Source of the DNA: Clostridiales bacterium
GTDB taxonomy: Bacteria; Bacillota; Clostridia; DUOD01
Assembly: GCA_012838995.1 (NCBI GenBank)
Contig: DUOD01000034.1
Location: 3,079 to 67,078 of the forward strand
DNA length: 64,000 nucleotides
Direction of reading: 5' to 3'
The translations under genes and the position numbers were made by a program. Below, one piece after another: positions 43,567 to 53,452 of the stretch (position 1 is the stretch's first letter; each line of letters opens with the position of its first letter). The notes below the pieces were generated by a model, which saw only the letters and a program-made list of their open reading frames with translations, was not told the origin of the DNA and did no database searches.

Positions 43567-45165
43567 GTGTTATTATTGCTTAAAGTCTTGAGAAGAATGT
43601 TGGGTTTGTCATCTAAAGACAAAAAACTTCGGCAAAAGCCCCATTTTTCATGGTGCACCAAAGGGGAAAGTACGTTAAGTCATTCTTTAAGGGACAACAT
43701 GGCGTTTTTGCAAAAAAGTTTTCAAGGTTGTTCCGATATTGTATTCCGCGAATTTGGGATAGGCAACGGCAGGGGTCCCAAGGGAGCTGTAATCTTTTTC
43801 GAAGGTCTTGTGGACAAAAAGATAATTAATGACAATGTGCTGAAACCCCTTATGTATTTAACCTCCCTTGACGGAAAAATGCCCGATAGGGTAGATGCTG
43901 CCCTGATTCGTCAGTTGAATATCAGCGTGGCCGAGGTACGGGAGGTAAAATACCGGGACGAAGTAATCGATGCTGTGTTGGACGGTAAGGCCGCCGTACT
44001 GATAGACCGATCGACCATGGCCCTTGTCTTGTCCATTCCCGGGTGGGAGAGGCGGAAGGTGGAAGAGCCCACTTCCGAAAAGGTGATAAGAGGCCCCAGG
44101 GAAGGGTTTACGGAAACTTTGTCGGTTAACGTGGCCCTGATAAGGAGGAGGATTAAGGATACCCGCCTTAAAATCAAAACGCTTAGTCTTGGGACCAGGT
44201 CAAAAACAAGGGTGGCGCTGTTTTATATGGAAGATGTTATAAAGAAGGAAATACTGGAGGAAATAGAAAAGCGGCTTTCCACCGTGGATTTTGACATGGT
44301 GGAAGAAGTGGGTACTATAGAGGAGTTTATAGAGGACAATCCCTATTCACCCTTTCCCCAGGTTATGATCACCGAGAGGCCGGACAAGGTGGTAAGCAAT
44401 ATAGCAGAAGGCAGGGCGTGTATAATGATCGACTGTTCGCCCTTTGCCATGGTTATGCCGATAACTTTAGCCTCCCTTTATCAGTCGCCCGAGGATTATT
44501 ATGAACGGCCGTTGTACGGTACCGCGGTGCGGATATTAAGGTTTGCCGCCTTTTTCATAGCCACCAGCTTGCCCGCCCTTTATGTGGCCATGGTGTCCTT
44601 TCACCATGAGTTAATACCCTCCCGCCTGGTGCTTACCCTAGCCAGGGGCAGGGTGGAAGTGCCCTTTCCCGCCTTTCTGGAAGCCCTGTTAATGGAATTG
44701 ACCATTGAATTTATCAGGGAGGCCAGTACCCGGTTGCCCGGGGTGTTGTCTCAGACCGTCGGCGTGGTGGGCGGTTTGGTATTAGGTACCGCAGCGGTGC
44801 AGGCCAACCTGGTCAGCCCGGCTATGGTAATCGTGGTTTCGCTTACGGCTATTACCACCTTTACCGTGCCTATCTACAGCCTGTCCTATCCCATTAGGAT
44901 AATTCGATTTCCCCTAATGTTTTTAGCCGCAAGTTTTGGTCTGTTCGGCCTGGCCTTTGGCTGGAACATAATCCTAATCCACCTATGTACCTTGGAATCC
45001 TTTGGTATACCCTATCTTTCCCCCTATGCCCCTCTGAAAATAAGGGATATGAAGGACGCAATACTGAGGTTTCCCCTGTGGGCCATGAAAAAAAGGCCCA
45101 AAGTACCCCATGCCCAGGACGAAACCAGGCTGGGTAATCTAAAGGGGGACCATAAGCGTGACTGA
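43567..45165 (+). CDS. spore germination protein, GerA family A subunit
   Basis: The roughly 530-aa protein has a soluble N-terminal domain followed by 4-5 TM segments. Family motifs are present (RGPREGFTE, RRRI.D.RLK). It is followed by B and C subunits. The start (GTG 43567 or ATG 43597) is uncertain. Confidence 0.88.
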   Translation: MLLLLKVLRRMLGLSSKDKKLRQKPHFSWCTKGESTLSHSLRDNMAFLQKSFQGCSDIVFREFGIGNGRGPKGAVIFFEGLVDKKIINDNVLKPLMYLTSLDGKMPDRVDAALIRQLNISVAEVREVKYRDEVIDAVLDGKAAVLIDRSTMALVLSIPGWERRKVEEPTSEKVIRGPREGFTETLSVNVALIRRRIKDTRLKIKTLSLGTRSKTRVALFYMEDVIKKEILEEIEKRLSTVDFDMVEEVGTIEEFIEDNPYSPFPQVMITERPDKVVSNIAEGRACIMIDCSPFAMVMPITLASLYQSPEDYYERPLYGTAVRILRFAAFFIATSLPALYVAMVSFHHELIPSRLVLTLARGRVEVPFPAFLEALLMELTIEFIREASTRLPGVLSQTVGVVGGLVLGTAAVQANLVSPAMVIVVSLTAITTFTVPIYSLSYPIRIIRFPLMFLAASFGLFGLAFGWNIILIHLCTLESFGIPYLSPYAPLKIRDMKDAILRFPLWAMKKRPKVPHAQDETRLGNLKGDHKRD

Positions 45166-46264
45166 GGGTACTACCAAAAAAGAAAATATTTTATCTAACG
45201 TAGATCTTTTCGTCATGCTGGCCAGGGTGGGCCTTGGGGCAGTATCGACGGGAGGGGTATATGTCCAGGTAGCCCAAAAGGCAGGCAGGGACGGATGGAT
45301 ATCCTTTATCCTTGCTTTGGGGATAATATTTTTCGCAATCTTTATAATTGTTAATCTAAACAAACGGTTTTGCGGATATACAATTATTGAATATGGAGAA
45401 TTTATACTGGGCAAATGGGGCGGTAAGGTGCTGGGCAGTTTATTGGTGCTGTATTTCTTACTTCAAACGGCTGCCATTGTCCGTTTTACATCGGAGATGG
45501 TAATTACCTGGATGCTCAATAATACACCCCATTACATGATTATGGCATTGATAGTATTTCTGGCGGTATATATAGCCAGAAACGGTCTTTTGGTGGTGTC
45601 CAGGTTTTGCATTTTGGTGTCCATGTTAGTGTTGGCATTACCCATTCTGACGTTTTTCCCCATAAAGGATTGGAAGTTGCATAATATACTGCCCGTTGGA
45701 GATTCGGGCTTTACGGGTATAACCTCCGGCGTTTTTTGGGCTTTGTTTGCTTACGTGGGTTATGAGATCCTTTTGATGCTTTATCCCTATGTACAAGATA
45801 AAAGGAAGGTTTTGCGCACATCCCTGTTGGCTTTTTTATATGTAGGGGTTTTATATACCCTTTTTATGGCGGCCATCATACTTTTATTCGGTCCCAGTGA
45901 GCTTATCTTCTTCCTTTACCCAGTGCTGAATTATTTAAAGGCCATTGATGTACCCTTTGTGGAGAGGGTGGACACCTTTATATTATTTATTACCCTGTTT
46001 TCGGCTGTGGCTAATATAGGAGTGGTATACACGCTGACATGCCTGGGTGTTGGCCAGCTCTTTGGCATAAAACGGCGGAAGAATATAGCCATATGGTTAA
46101 GCCCTTTGGTCTTTGCCGTCGCTGCCTTTCCCAAAAACAGCGCGGTATTAAATGAGCTTTATAAATTTTTTCCCATATTAAACCTTACCTTTGGCATTTT
46201 TATTCCCTTTATCCTGTTAGTAATCAGCGTAATACTTAAGCGCAGCAAGGAGGAGATGCCGTGA
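45158..46264 (+). CDS. spore germination protein, GerAB-type permease subunit
   Basis: The 368-aa protein has about 10 TM segments and is APC-like. It overlaps both neighbours. Confidence 0.85.
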   Translation: MTEGTTKKENILSNVDLFVMLARVGLGAVSTGGVYVQVAQKAGRDGWISFILALGIIFFAIFIIVNLNKRFCGYTIIEYGEFILGKWGGKVLGSLLVLYFLLQTAAIVRFTSEMVITWMLNNTPHYMIMALIVFLAVYIARNGLLVVSRFCILVSMLVLALPILTFFPIKDWKLHNILPVGDSGFTGITSGVFWALFAYVGYEILLMLYPYVQDKRKVLRTSLLAFLYVGVLYTLFMAAIILLFGPSELIFFLYPVLNYLKAIDVPFVERVDTFILFITLFSAVANIGVVYTLTCLGVGQLFGIKRRKNIAIWLSPLVFAVAAFPKNSAVLNELYKFFPILNLTFGIFIPFILLVISVILKRSKEEMP

Positions 46265-47373
46265 AATTCATAAAAGTGCTTGTTATTGTCATTAGCCTTA
46301 CGCTGCTGACCGGTTGTTGGGACAGGCATGAGTTGGACGAATTGCTCATTCCCTATGTCATCGGAATAGATATATGTGAAGATAACCCCAAATTGGTATC
46401 GGTGGCCATATCGTCCCCGTCAATTGACGAAACCGAAAAACCTTTTATAACAATGATCGACCAGGGTATATCTATCCAGGATGCCCTGTATAATCTTCAA
46501 ACCAAGCTGTACAGGCGTATGGGCTTGGGACATGTTCAGGTTATTCTCATCGGGGAAGAGACCGCCAAGGAGGGCATTTCGGTTTTTCTGGACACCTTCA
46601 CCCGTAATGCCGATGTTAGGGGGTGTCTAAAGGTGGCCGTGGTTAAAGGAAGGGCGTCGGATTTTATCAATAATGCCGATGTCAAGCAACATCCCTATTT
46701 GGGTATTTTTCTTTCGGGCATACTGGAGGGCATGAAGAGGGATAATATATCCGTTGATATGACCTTGGCAGAATTCTATCGTTATTTACTTGCTGACGGA
46801 AGGGAGCCCATTCTACCCTACCTTAACCTGTCACCGGATAAACAGCAGATAATAGCCCGGCAAACGGCGGTATTTCTAGACGATCGGATGGTGGGTATAT
46901 TAAACCGCAATCAAAGCATGGCCCTTATGATACTGAAGGGCAATATGGGCAACCAAAGGATAGCGGTGGAGTTTCCCCGTAAGAGCCCGGGAGGGTTTCA
47001 TTATGCTACCGTGCTGGAAGAGAGCAGGCATAGGGTTAAGGTTATGCCCCAAATAAACGGTGATATTGTCAATTTCAAAGTGGATGTGGACATGACGATG
47101 GAGATAATAGAACACACCCCTTCGGAGGCAACCGTAATCCCTCCCCGTCTGGATGAGCTGGAGCATGCCATTGAGAAGGAGTACAAAGAGAGGATGGAAA
47201 ATGTCATAAGCAAGCTCCAGGGTTATAAAACGGACGCTGCCGGTTTTGGCGAGTATGTCAGGGTTAAATATCCTCACTTTTTTAATAAGGAAAAATGGCA
47301 GGAAGATTTTTCTAAGGCCAAATTTGACATTTCGGTTAATATAAATATCATCAGACCCGGTTCAACCATCTAA
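46261..47373 (+). CDS. Ger(x)C-family germination lipoprotein
   Basis: It has a lipobox (LTGCWD) followed by the family-typical RHELDEL motif. Confidence 0.88.
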   Translation: MKFIKVLVIVISLTLLTGCWDRHELDELLIPYVIGIDICEDNPKLVSVAISSPSIDETEKPFITMIDQGISIQDALYNLQTKLYRRMGLGHVQVILIGEETAKEGISVFLDTFTRNADVRGCLKVAVVKGRASDFINNADVKQHPYLGIFLSGILEGMKRDNISVDMTLAEFYRYLLADGREPILPYLNLSPDKQQIIARQTAVFLDDRMVGILNRNQSMALMILKGNMGNQRIAVEFPRKSPGGFHYATVLEESRHRVKVMPQINGDIVNFKVDVDMTMEIIEHTPSEATVIPPRLDELEHAIEKEYKERMENVISKLQGYKTDAAGFGEYVRVKYPHFFNKEKWQEDFSKAKFDISVNINIIRPGSTI

Positions 47374-47560
47374 AATTCATCAATGTAAAAGGCTACCGTC
47401 AAGGAGTAATTATTCCACAAAAGGCTGAAATTTTTTTATAGGAAGGTAGTAGTATTTTAAATCCAACCTATTGATTATAAAGACAAAAAATAGTATTATA
47501 TAGAACATATTATTTAATTTGGGGATCAATCCACCGATATTTGAGCATGGTACGGAGGGA

Positions 47561-48052
47561 ATGTTTTTGAAGGCGGAATATGTAAACTCTTTTATTAAAT
47601 CCAGTATCGACGTCATACGACAGGTGTGCGGCTTATATCCTAAACTGGGTAAGGTATATCTCAAGGACTCACCCTTTAGCGCCGAACAGATTATAGTAAT
47701 TATCGGTGTGACCGGGGACATAAGGGGACAGGTGCAGCTTAATATGTCAAAGGATACCGCCCGATCGGTGGTTTCCAATATGATGGGCGGGATGGCTATA
47801 GAACAGCTTAACGATATGGCCAAAAGCGCCCTGGGCGAACTGGGAAATATGATAATGGGAAACACCTGTACTCTGCTGGCCAGAAACGGGACGAGGATAG
47901 ATATTACACCACCCACCGTTCTGTCGGGAGACGGAATGGAGATTTCCAACAAAACAAAGACCATATGCATACCCTTGATATTGGGTGAATACGGCAGTGT
48001 GGAGATAGGTATTTCCACCGTTGCGGACGATTTACAACAAAAAAGCGGCTGA
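47561..48052 (+). CDS. cheX: CheX/CheC-like chemotaxis phosphatase-family protein
   Basis: The start reads MFLKAEYVNSFI.S...V. Motifs GDI.GQV.L and GELGNMI.GN are present. ACGGAGGGA precedes ATG 47561. Confidence 0.65.
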   Translation: MFLKAEYVNSFIKSSIDVIRQVCGLYPKLGKVYLKDSPFSAEQIIVIIGVTGDIRGQVQLNMSKDTARSVVSNMMGGMAIEQLNDMAKSALGELGNMIMGNTCTLLARNGTRIDITPPTVLSGDGMEISNKTKTICIPLILGEYGSVEIGISTVADDLQQKSG

Positions 48053-48066
48053 GCCGCTTTTTTGTT
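48040..48066 (+). terminator. intrinsic terminator
   Basis: AAAAGCGGC-TGA-GCCGCTTTT is followed by a T-run. Confidence 0.75.
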
Positions 48067-48142
48067 TTGCCCGGGGAGATATTGAAGGTATGGGCGGTAA
48101 GGTTATATAATATCAATATAGCATTACTTTGAGGTGGGTATA

Positions 48143-48523
48143 TTGATAGACGTCGGTGTGGATATTATTGAAATAGACAGGATAAAAAATACCATTGACA
48201 GGTATCCTTCCTTTTTGGACAGGGTCTTTTGTACAAACGAGGTGGAGTATTTCAGAGGGCGGAATATGAACATCTCGGTTATTGCCTCGACCTTTGCCGC
48301 CAAGGAAGCCGTCAGCAAAGTCTTGGGCACGGGCTTTGGCATGGTGGGTTGGAAGGACATAGAGATAGTAAGGGACGGCAGCGGAAAACCGGAAGTGGTT
48401 CTCCACGGCCAGGCCCTGAAGGTGTCCATGGACAAACATATAAAACATATTTCGGTTTCACTGTCCCACAGCAGGAGGTACGCCGTTGCCAATGCCGTGG
48501 GTGTGAGGGAGGTTATAAAATGA
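48143..48523 (+). CDS. acpS: holo-[acyl-carrier-protein] synthase
   Basis: The pattern GVDIIEIDRI...F..RVF...E resembles AcpS. TTG 48143 follows GAGGTGGG. GTG 48134 is an alternative start. Confidence 0.85.
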   Translation: MIDVGVDIIEIDRIKNTIDRYPSFLDRVFCTNEVEYFRGRNMNISVIASTFAAKEAVSKVLGTGFGMVGWKDIEIVRDGSGKPEVVLHGQALKVSMDKHIKHISVSLSHSRRYAVANAVGVREVIK

Positions 48524-50073
48524 AGGTTGTAACACCTGGGCAGATGAACAGCATAGACAAAAGGGCCATTGAACAATTCGGCATACCCGGGGTTATCTTA
48601 ATGGAACATGCCGCGTCCAAGCTGTTGGACAAGTTAAAGTCCAAATGGCCGGACTTGGAAGGCAAGACCGTTGCTATAGTCGCTGGCAGGGGTAACAACG
48701 GCGGTGACGGTCTGGCCCTGGCCCGGCTGCTTTTGCCCTACAAGGCCAGGGTTTTGGTACACCTTTTAGCTAAGGTGGAGGACTTGAAGGGCGATGCGGC
48801 AATAAACGGCAGAATTCTTGTTAATTTAGGCATACCTATCAACACAGTCCTCGACGAGGATGATGTAGGCGCTCTTGAGGAGGATATTGAAAAGGCGGAT
48901 ATCGTGGTGGATGCCATATTGGGCACCGGCATCAGGGGCATGGTTACGGGTCTTACCCAAAGGGTGATAAAAGTGATAAACCAAAAGGCCGGGTACGTGC
49001 TGTCGGTGGATATCCCCTCCGGGATTAACGGTGCTACCGGTGAAGTGATGAATGTCTGCGTCAAGGCCCACGACACCGTCACCTTTCAACTGCCAAAGGT
49101 GGGGCAACTCATCCATCCCGGCAAGGAGTATACCGGTCATTTGGATATAGTGGATATAGGTATTCCCAGAGCAGCCTGGGAAGAAGAAAACATAAACATT
49201 CAATACGTAACCGCCTGTCAAGCGGCCGAAGTGATAACATCCAGAAGGCTTAACGCCCACAAGGGAGACTTTGGACATCTATTGGTGGTTGCAGGATCTA
49301 AAGGGATGGCAGGAGCGGCCGTAATGACCTGTATATCCGCTCTAAAAACCGGGTGCGGTATGGTGACCCTTGCCATACCAAAGTCTTTGTACCAAATTAT
49401 CGGGGTTACCGCTCCCGAGGTAATGGTAATGCCCCTTCCGGAAGATCAAGAGGGTAGATTGGGCAGCGGGGCGGATGAAATCATTATAAACAGCCTGGAC
49501 AGGTTTGACGGCCTTGTCTTTGGTCCGGGAATGGGAAAAAGTCCCCAAATATTTTCAATTTTAAGGAATATAATTGAGGTTTCGGATATACCAATAATAA
49601 TAGATGCCGACGGTATAAATGCATTATCCTCTGATATATCCATACTGACCAAGGCCAACTGCAGCATATCAATAACCCCCCATCCGGGGGAAATGGCCAG
49701 GCTGATAAAAAAGCCGGTGCCGTGGATAGAAAAAAACCGTCTGGAAGGATCCCGACTGCTGGCGAGGGAGTTCAATATAAACGTACTGCTTAAGGGTAAT
49801 GCCACCGTTGTTGCACTGCCCGGAGGCCAGGTATATATAAACAGTACGGGCAATCCCGGTATGGCAACGGCCGGATCGGGGGATGTGTTATCAGGTGTTG
49901 TAGGCAGTTTTATAGTACAGGGGGTAAAGCCCTCCGCCGCCCTTTATACCGGCGCCTTTATACACGGTTTGGCAGGGGATATGGCAGCCCAGGACAGGGG
50001 GAGGTATGGCATGACTGCCACGGATATTATTAAGTTTTTGCCGGATAGTATAAAAGCCGCCACCGGTGAATAG
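48520..50073 (+). CDS. nnr: bifunctional NAD(P)H-hydrate repair enzyme (epimerase + ADP-dependent dehydratase)
   Basis: ATG 48520 overlaps the acpS stop (ATGA). An N-terminal YjeF_N domain (GRGNNGGDG) and a C-terminal carbohydrate-kinase domain (GSGDVLSG) are present. The longer ORF in the track, from 48229, is an out-of-context extension over acpS. Confidence 0.88.
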   Translation: MKVVTPGQMNSIDKRAIEQFGIPGVILMEHAASKLLDKLKSKWPDLEGKTVAIVAGRGNNGGDGLALARLLLPYKARVLVHLLAKVEDLKGDAAINGRILVNLGIPINTVLDEDDVGALEEDIEKADIVVDAILGTGIRGMVTGLTQRVIKVINQKAGYVLSVDIPSGINGATGEVMNVCVKAHDTVTFQLPKVGQLIHPGKEYTGHLDIVDIGIPRAAWEEENINIQYVTACQAAEVITSRRLNAHKGDFGHLLVVAGSKGMAGAAVMTCISALKTGCGMVTLAIPKSLYQIIGVTAPEVMVMPLPEDQEGRLGSGADEIIINSLDRFDGLVFGPGMGKSPQIFSILRNIIEVSDIPIIIDADGINALSSDISILTKANCSISITPHPGEMARLIKKPVPWIEKNRLEGSRLLAREFNINVLLKGNATVVALPGGQVYINSTGNPGMATAGSGDVLSGVVGSFIVQGVKPSAALYTGAFIHGLAGDMAAQDRGRYGMTATDIIKFLPDSIKAATGE

Positions 50074-50099
50074 AGTAATATATAAGGGTGTGATATATT

Positions 50100-50717
50100 T
50101 TGAAATTGGCGGTATTGACCCTTACAGCGGTTTTTCTGTTAAACCTGGCGGGCTGTGCGCCGCCCACCCACGAAGATTTATATCAAAACCTGGAGCAGTT
50201 CATTAGCAATATAAGTATGTATTACTGCATTGCCGATATGTACGTGGGCAAGGGCGAAAACAAAACCCATTATTTGATAAAGCAGTGGTATATGCTGCCG
50301 GATAAGTATAGGCTGGAAATACTACTCCCCGGTGACATGACCGGCAAAACCATAGTAAAAAACGGCAACACCGTATGGATCGACAATCCCAGGCTAAACG
50401 AGTTTTACCAACTGGAAAACATAGACTTATATATTGAAGATAAAATCTTCCCGGGGAGTTTTTTGCAGTGTTTTATGGAAGGGGAGGCCGGTACCCGGGA
50501 GGTTGTTACAATAGGCGACGGGCAGTATATATTATTGGAAACCCATGTGCCGGGGCTGAATAAAAACTTCAGGCGCCAGAGACTGTGGATTGATGCCCGG
50601 CAAATGGTGCCCTATATGCTGAAGGTGTATGATAATACTGAGGAAGCGGTGATAGAAGTACGGTACAGGGATTTCTCCCAGGATATTAATATGGACATAC
50701 AATTATTTGAAAGATAA
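50100..50717 (+). CDS. lipoprotein, LolA-fold/YdcC-like
   Basis: It has a lipobox (LAGC). Its position between acpS and mazEF matches B. subtilis ydcC. The start is TTG. Confidence 0.55.
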   Translation: MKLAVLTLTAVFLLNLAGCAPPTHEDLYQNLEQFISNISMYYCIADMYVGKGENKTHYLIKQWYMLPDKYRLEILLPGDMTGKTIVKNGNTVWIDNPRLNEFYQLENIDLYIEDKIFPGSFLQCFMEGEAGTREVVTIGDGQYILLETHVPGLNKNFRRQRLWIDARQMVPYMLKVYDNTEEAVIEVRYRDFSQDINMDIQLFER

Positions 50718-50852
50718 CGAAAGACGGGCGTATTGACTTGCAAATTTGTGATAAGATATAATAGTATATATTATTGTATATATAAAGAGTGCTGTTAAAA
50801 ATTTTTATGTATGGCTTATTTCCTTTCATTAGTACATCAGGGAGGTGCTGTT

Positions 50853-51128
50853 ATGGCTGAATTAAAGAAAATTTTAGTGAGCTTACCCGACACCCTATTA
50901 CAGGAAGTGGATGAAATTGTCGCCATTGAAAAAAGAAATAGAAGTGAATTTATTAGAGAAGCAATGAAACTTTATATAAGGGAGAGGCATAAGATAGAAA
51001 TAAGGGAAAAGATGAAAAAGGGTTATCAGGAAATGGCTCGTATCAACAAAAAAATCGCAGAGACGGGGATAGTTTCCGATAACAAATCCTATGAGGCCTA
51101 CGAGGCATTGTTAACGGAGTGTGAATAG
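50853..51128 (+). CDS. mazE: type II antitoxin, MazE/EndoAI-like (ribbon-helix-helix)
   Basis: [37 protein letters not shown] is an RHH motif. The C-terminal half resembles B. subtilis EndoAI (RGY.EMA.IN). Confidence 0.85.
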   Translation: MAELKKILVSLPDTLLQEVDEIVAIEKRNRSEFIREAMKLYIRERHKIEIREKMKKGYQEMARINKKIAETGIVSDNKSYEAYEALLTECE

Positions 51129-51132
51129 TATA

Positions 51133-51480
51133 ATGGTTAGACGTGGCGATATTTTTTATGCTGATTTAAGTCCTGTAGTAGGTTCCGAACAGGGGGGTGT
51201 CAGACCTGTACTGGTGGTCCAAAATGATATAGGCAATAAATATAGCCCCACAATTATAGTAGCTGCTATAACCTCCCAGATAAATAAAGCCAAATTACCT
51301 ACCCATATTGAAATAAGCGCTGAAGAATACGGACTGCCCAAGGATTCGGTTATACTTTTGGAACAAATCAGGACCATCGATAAAAAACGGCTTAAAGAAA
51401 AAATCGGTTTTCTTTCCTCGGAGATGATGAAAAAGGTGGACGAAGCTTTGCAGATAAGTTTTGGACTTATGGAACTATAA
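51133..51480 (+). CDS. mazF: type II toxin mRNA interferase MazF/EndoA
   Basis: The sequence is near-colinear with B. subtilis EndoA ([30 protein letters not shown]...LPTH.EI....[16 protein letters not shown]). Confidence 0.93.
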   Translation: MVRRGDIFYADLSPVVGSEQGGVRPVLVVQNDIGNKYSPTIIVAAITSQINKAKLPTHIEISAEEYGLPKDSVILLEQIRTIDKKRLKEKIGFLSSEMMKKVDEALQISFGLMEL

Positions 51481-51767
51481 AAAACTTGTTTTATATAGGA
51501 CGGCATTTTTCTTAACCGATTGTGGACAAGTCTATCGATGTTAGGATAAATGCTTTAATTATTTAATTTATGTTAATAATTTACACAAAAAATGTTTAAA
51601 ATTTACATATAATGTGATATAATACTTCAATAAAATGAATATTAATTTCCGTTTTTAATTTGGGATATAATATACTTGCTATTGTGGTAAGGTATAAATA
51701 AATAGAGGTTAGGACGGTGGTTTTGTTATTTTGTAATGGCTGAGCATTTGGATTAGGGAGTAATTTT

Positions 51768-52601
51768 ATGAAAAAAGAAGAACTGTATAGGTACATAGGA
51801 ATAGTGGTCGGGACTTTTATTACATCACTGGCCTTTAATTTTTTCCTAATACCCAATAAAATAGCCCCCGGCGGCATTAGCGGTATTGCTACCGTTCTTT
51901 ATTATTTGTTTAGGCTGCCGGTGGGCGTAACTATGTTAGTGATGAATATCCCCCTTTTTATAGCAGGGGTTAAGACGCTGGGCGGTGTATTTGGTTTAAA
52001 GTCTCTGATAGCAACCATCTTGCTGTCATTTTTTATAGATATAATAAAGGTCGAGCCCCTTACCCATGATGTAATGCTGGCTTCTGTGTATGGCGGTATA
52101 GCCATGGGCGTAGGGCTGGGCATAGTGTTTAAGTCTGGGGCCACCACCGGGGGTACCGATCTGGCCGCCAAAATCGTACATAAATTTTTCCCCTTTATAA
52201 CCATCGGGTGGCTGCTTTTTGTAATAGATTTTTGTGTGGTAATAATGGCAGCGGTGGTTTTCGGGCCGGAAATGGCATTATATGCCCTTGTATCCCTGTT
52301 CATAGCATCAAAACTTATAGATATCATACAGGAAGGTTTGAACAGGGCAAAGGCTTTTATAATTATATCCGATCATAACGATGCCATTGGCAGAGCCGTG
52401 ATGGAGAAGATGGGCAGAGGTGTAACCAATCTTTTGGGCGAAGGGATGTTTACCGGCACCAAAAAAAGAGTATTATTATGTGTGGTCAGCAGGTTGGAAA
52501 TAACCAGGCTTAAAAATATTGTATATGAAATAGATCCAAAGGCCTTTGTGATACTGACTGATGTAAGGGAAGTAATTGGCGAAGGCTTTACATGGAAATA
52601 A
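51768..52601 (+). CDS. YitT-family membrane protein (with C-terminal DUF2179 domain)
   Basis: It has an N-terminal 5-TM region with F..PN.IA.GG..G and a C-terminal soluble domain. Confidence 0.8.
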   Translation: MKKEELYRYIGIVVGTFITSLAFNFFLIPNKIAPGGISGIATVLYYLFRLPVGVTMLVMNIPLFIAGVKTLGGVFGLKSLIATILLSFFIDIIKVEPLTHDVMLASVYGGIAMGVGLGIVFKSGATTGGTDLAAKIVHKFFPFITIGWLLFVIDFCVVIMAAVVFGPEMALYALVSLFIASKLIDIIQEGLNRAKAFIIISDHNDAIGRAVMEKMGRGVTNLLGEGMFTGTKKRVLLCVVSRLEITRLKNIVYEIDPKAFVILTDVREVIGEGFTWK

Positions 52602-52627
52602 GAGTTGCGAGTGGAAGGAGGAAAACG

Positions 52628-53449
52628 ATGGAACAGGAAAAAATTAAGGAATTACAGCAAAAAGCAAATGCTATAAGGCAGCATGTTATAAGGGAGGTAG
52701 CCCAGGCAAATTCGGGGCACATAGGAGGGGCCCTGTCAATAGCCGATATCGTTTCCTATTTGTATTTTAAGGAAATGAACGTGGATCCGTCCAATCCCAA
52801 ATGGCAGGACAGGGACAGGCTGGTGCTTTCCAAGGGGCATGCCTGTGCCGCCTTATATGCCGCATTGGCTGAAAAAGGCTTTTTCCCCGTTGAAGAGCTG
52901 CTAACCTTTAGGCAGACCGGTACCCGGCTCCAGGGTCATCCCGATATGCGCAAAACCCCGGGCGTTGATATGTCCACCGGTTCTCTGGGCCAGGGTTTGT
53001 CAGTTGCCAACGGAATGGCCTTGGCGGCAAAGCTGGACAAGAAGGACTATAGAGTATTTGTTATCCTAGGCGACGGTGAGATTCAGGAAGGGCAGGTATG
53101 GGAAGCGGCAATGACGGCGGCCCACTATAAGCTGGACAACGTAACGGCCTTTCTGGATTACAACGGACTTCAGATAGACGGTCCGGTGAAAGAGGTAATG
53201 TCACCAAGCCCGGTGGAGGACAAATTTAAAGCCTTTGGGTGGAATGTAATTTCCATTGACGGCCACGACTTTAACCAGATAGAGGATGCGGTGCAGCAGG
53301 CCAAGGCCTGTAAGGGTAAACCCACCATGATCGTCGCAAACACCGTTAAGGGCAAGGGAGTGTCCTTTATGGAGAACCAGGTGGGATGGCATGGCGTTGC
53401 GCCCAATGAAGAAGAACGGGATGCAGCATTAAAGGAACTGGGGGTGTAG
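52628..53449 (+). CDS. tktA: transketolase, N-terminal (TPP-binding) subunit
   Basis: Motifs GH.GG.LS, LSKGH, GSLGQG and GDGE..EG are present. GGAAGGAGG precedes ATG 52628. Confidence 0.9.
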   Translation: MEQEKIKELQQKANAIRQHVIREVAQANSGHIGGALSIADIVSYLYFKEMNVDPSNPKWQDRDRLVLSKGHACAALYAALAEKGFFPVEELLTFRQTGTRLQGHPDMRKTPGVDMSTGSLGQGLSVANGMALAAKLDKKDYRVFVILGDGEIQEGQVWEAAMTAAHYKLDNVTAFLDYNGLQIDGPVKEVMSPSPVEDKFKAFGWNVISIDGHDFNQIEDAVQQAKACKGKPTMIVANTVKGKGVSFMENQVGWHGVAPNEEERDAALKELGV

Positions 53450-53452
53450 GAT

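Noticed and set aside
43268-43661. Two overlapping short ORFs (78 aa + strand, 64 aa - strand) between the efflux terminator and gerA.
   Set aside because: They lack an RBS, have a Cys/Phe-rich improbable composition, and the minus ORF overlaps the gerA start.
47410-48018. A 202-aa ORF antisense to cheX.
   Set aside because: The sense ORF has an RBS, a terminator and CheX-like motifs. The antisense product is featureless.
48229-48519. An N-terminal 97-codon extension of the nnr ORF in the six-frame track (614 aa version).
   Set aside because: The extension overlaps acpS in another frame and translates to low-complexity R/G-rich sequence. A canonical ATGA-coupled start at 48520 begins a recognisable YjeF_N domain.
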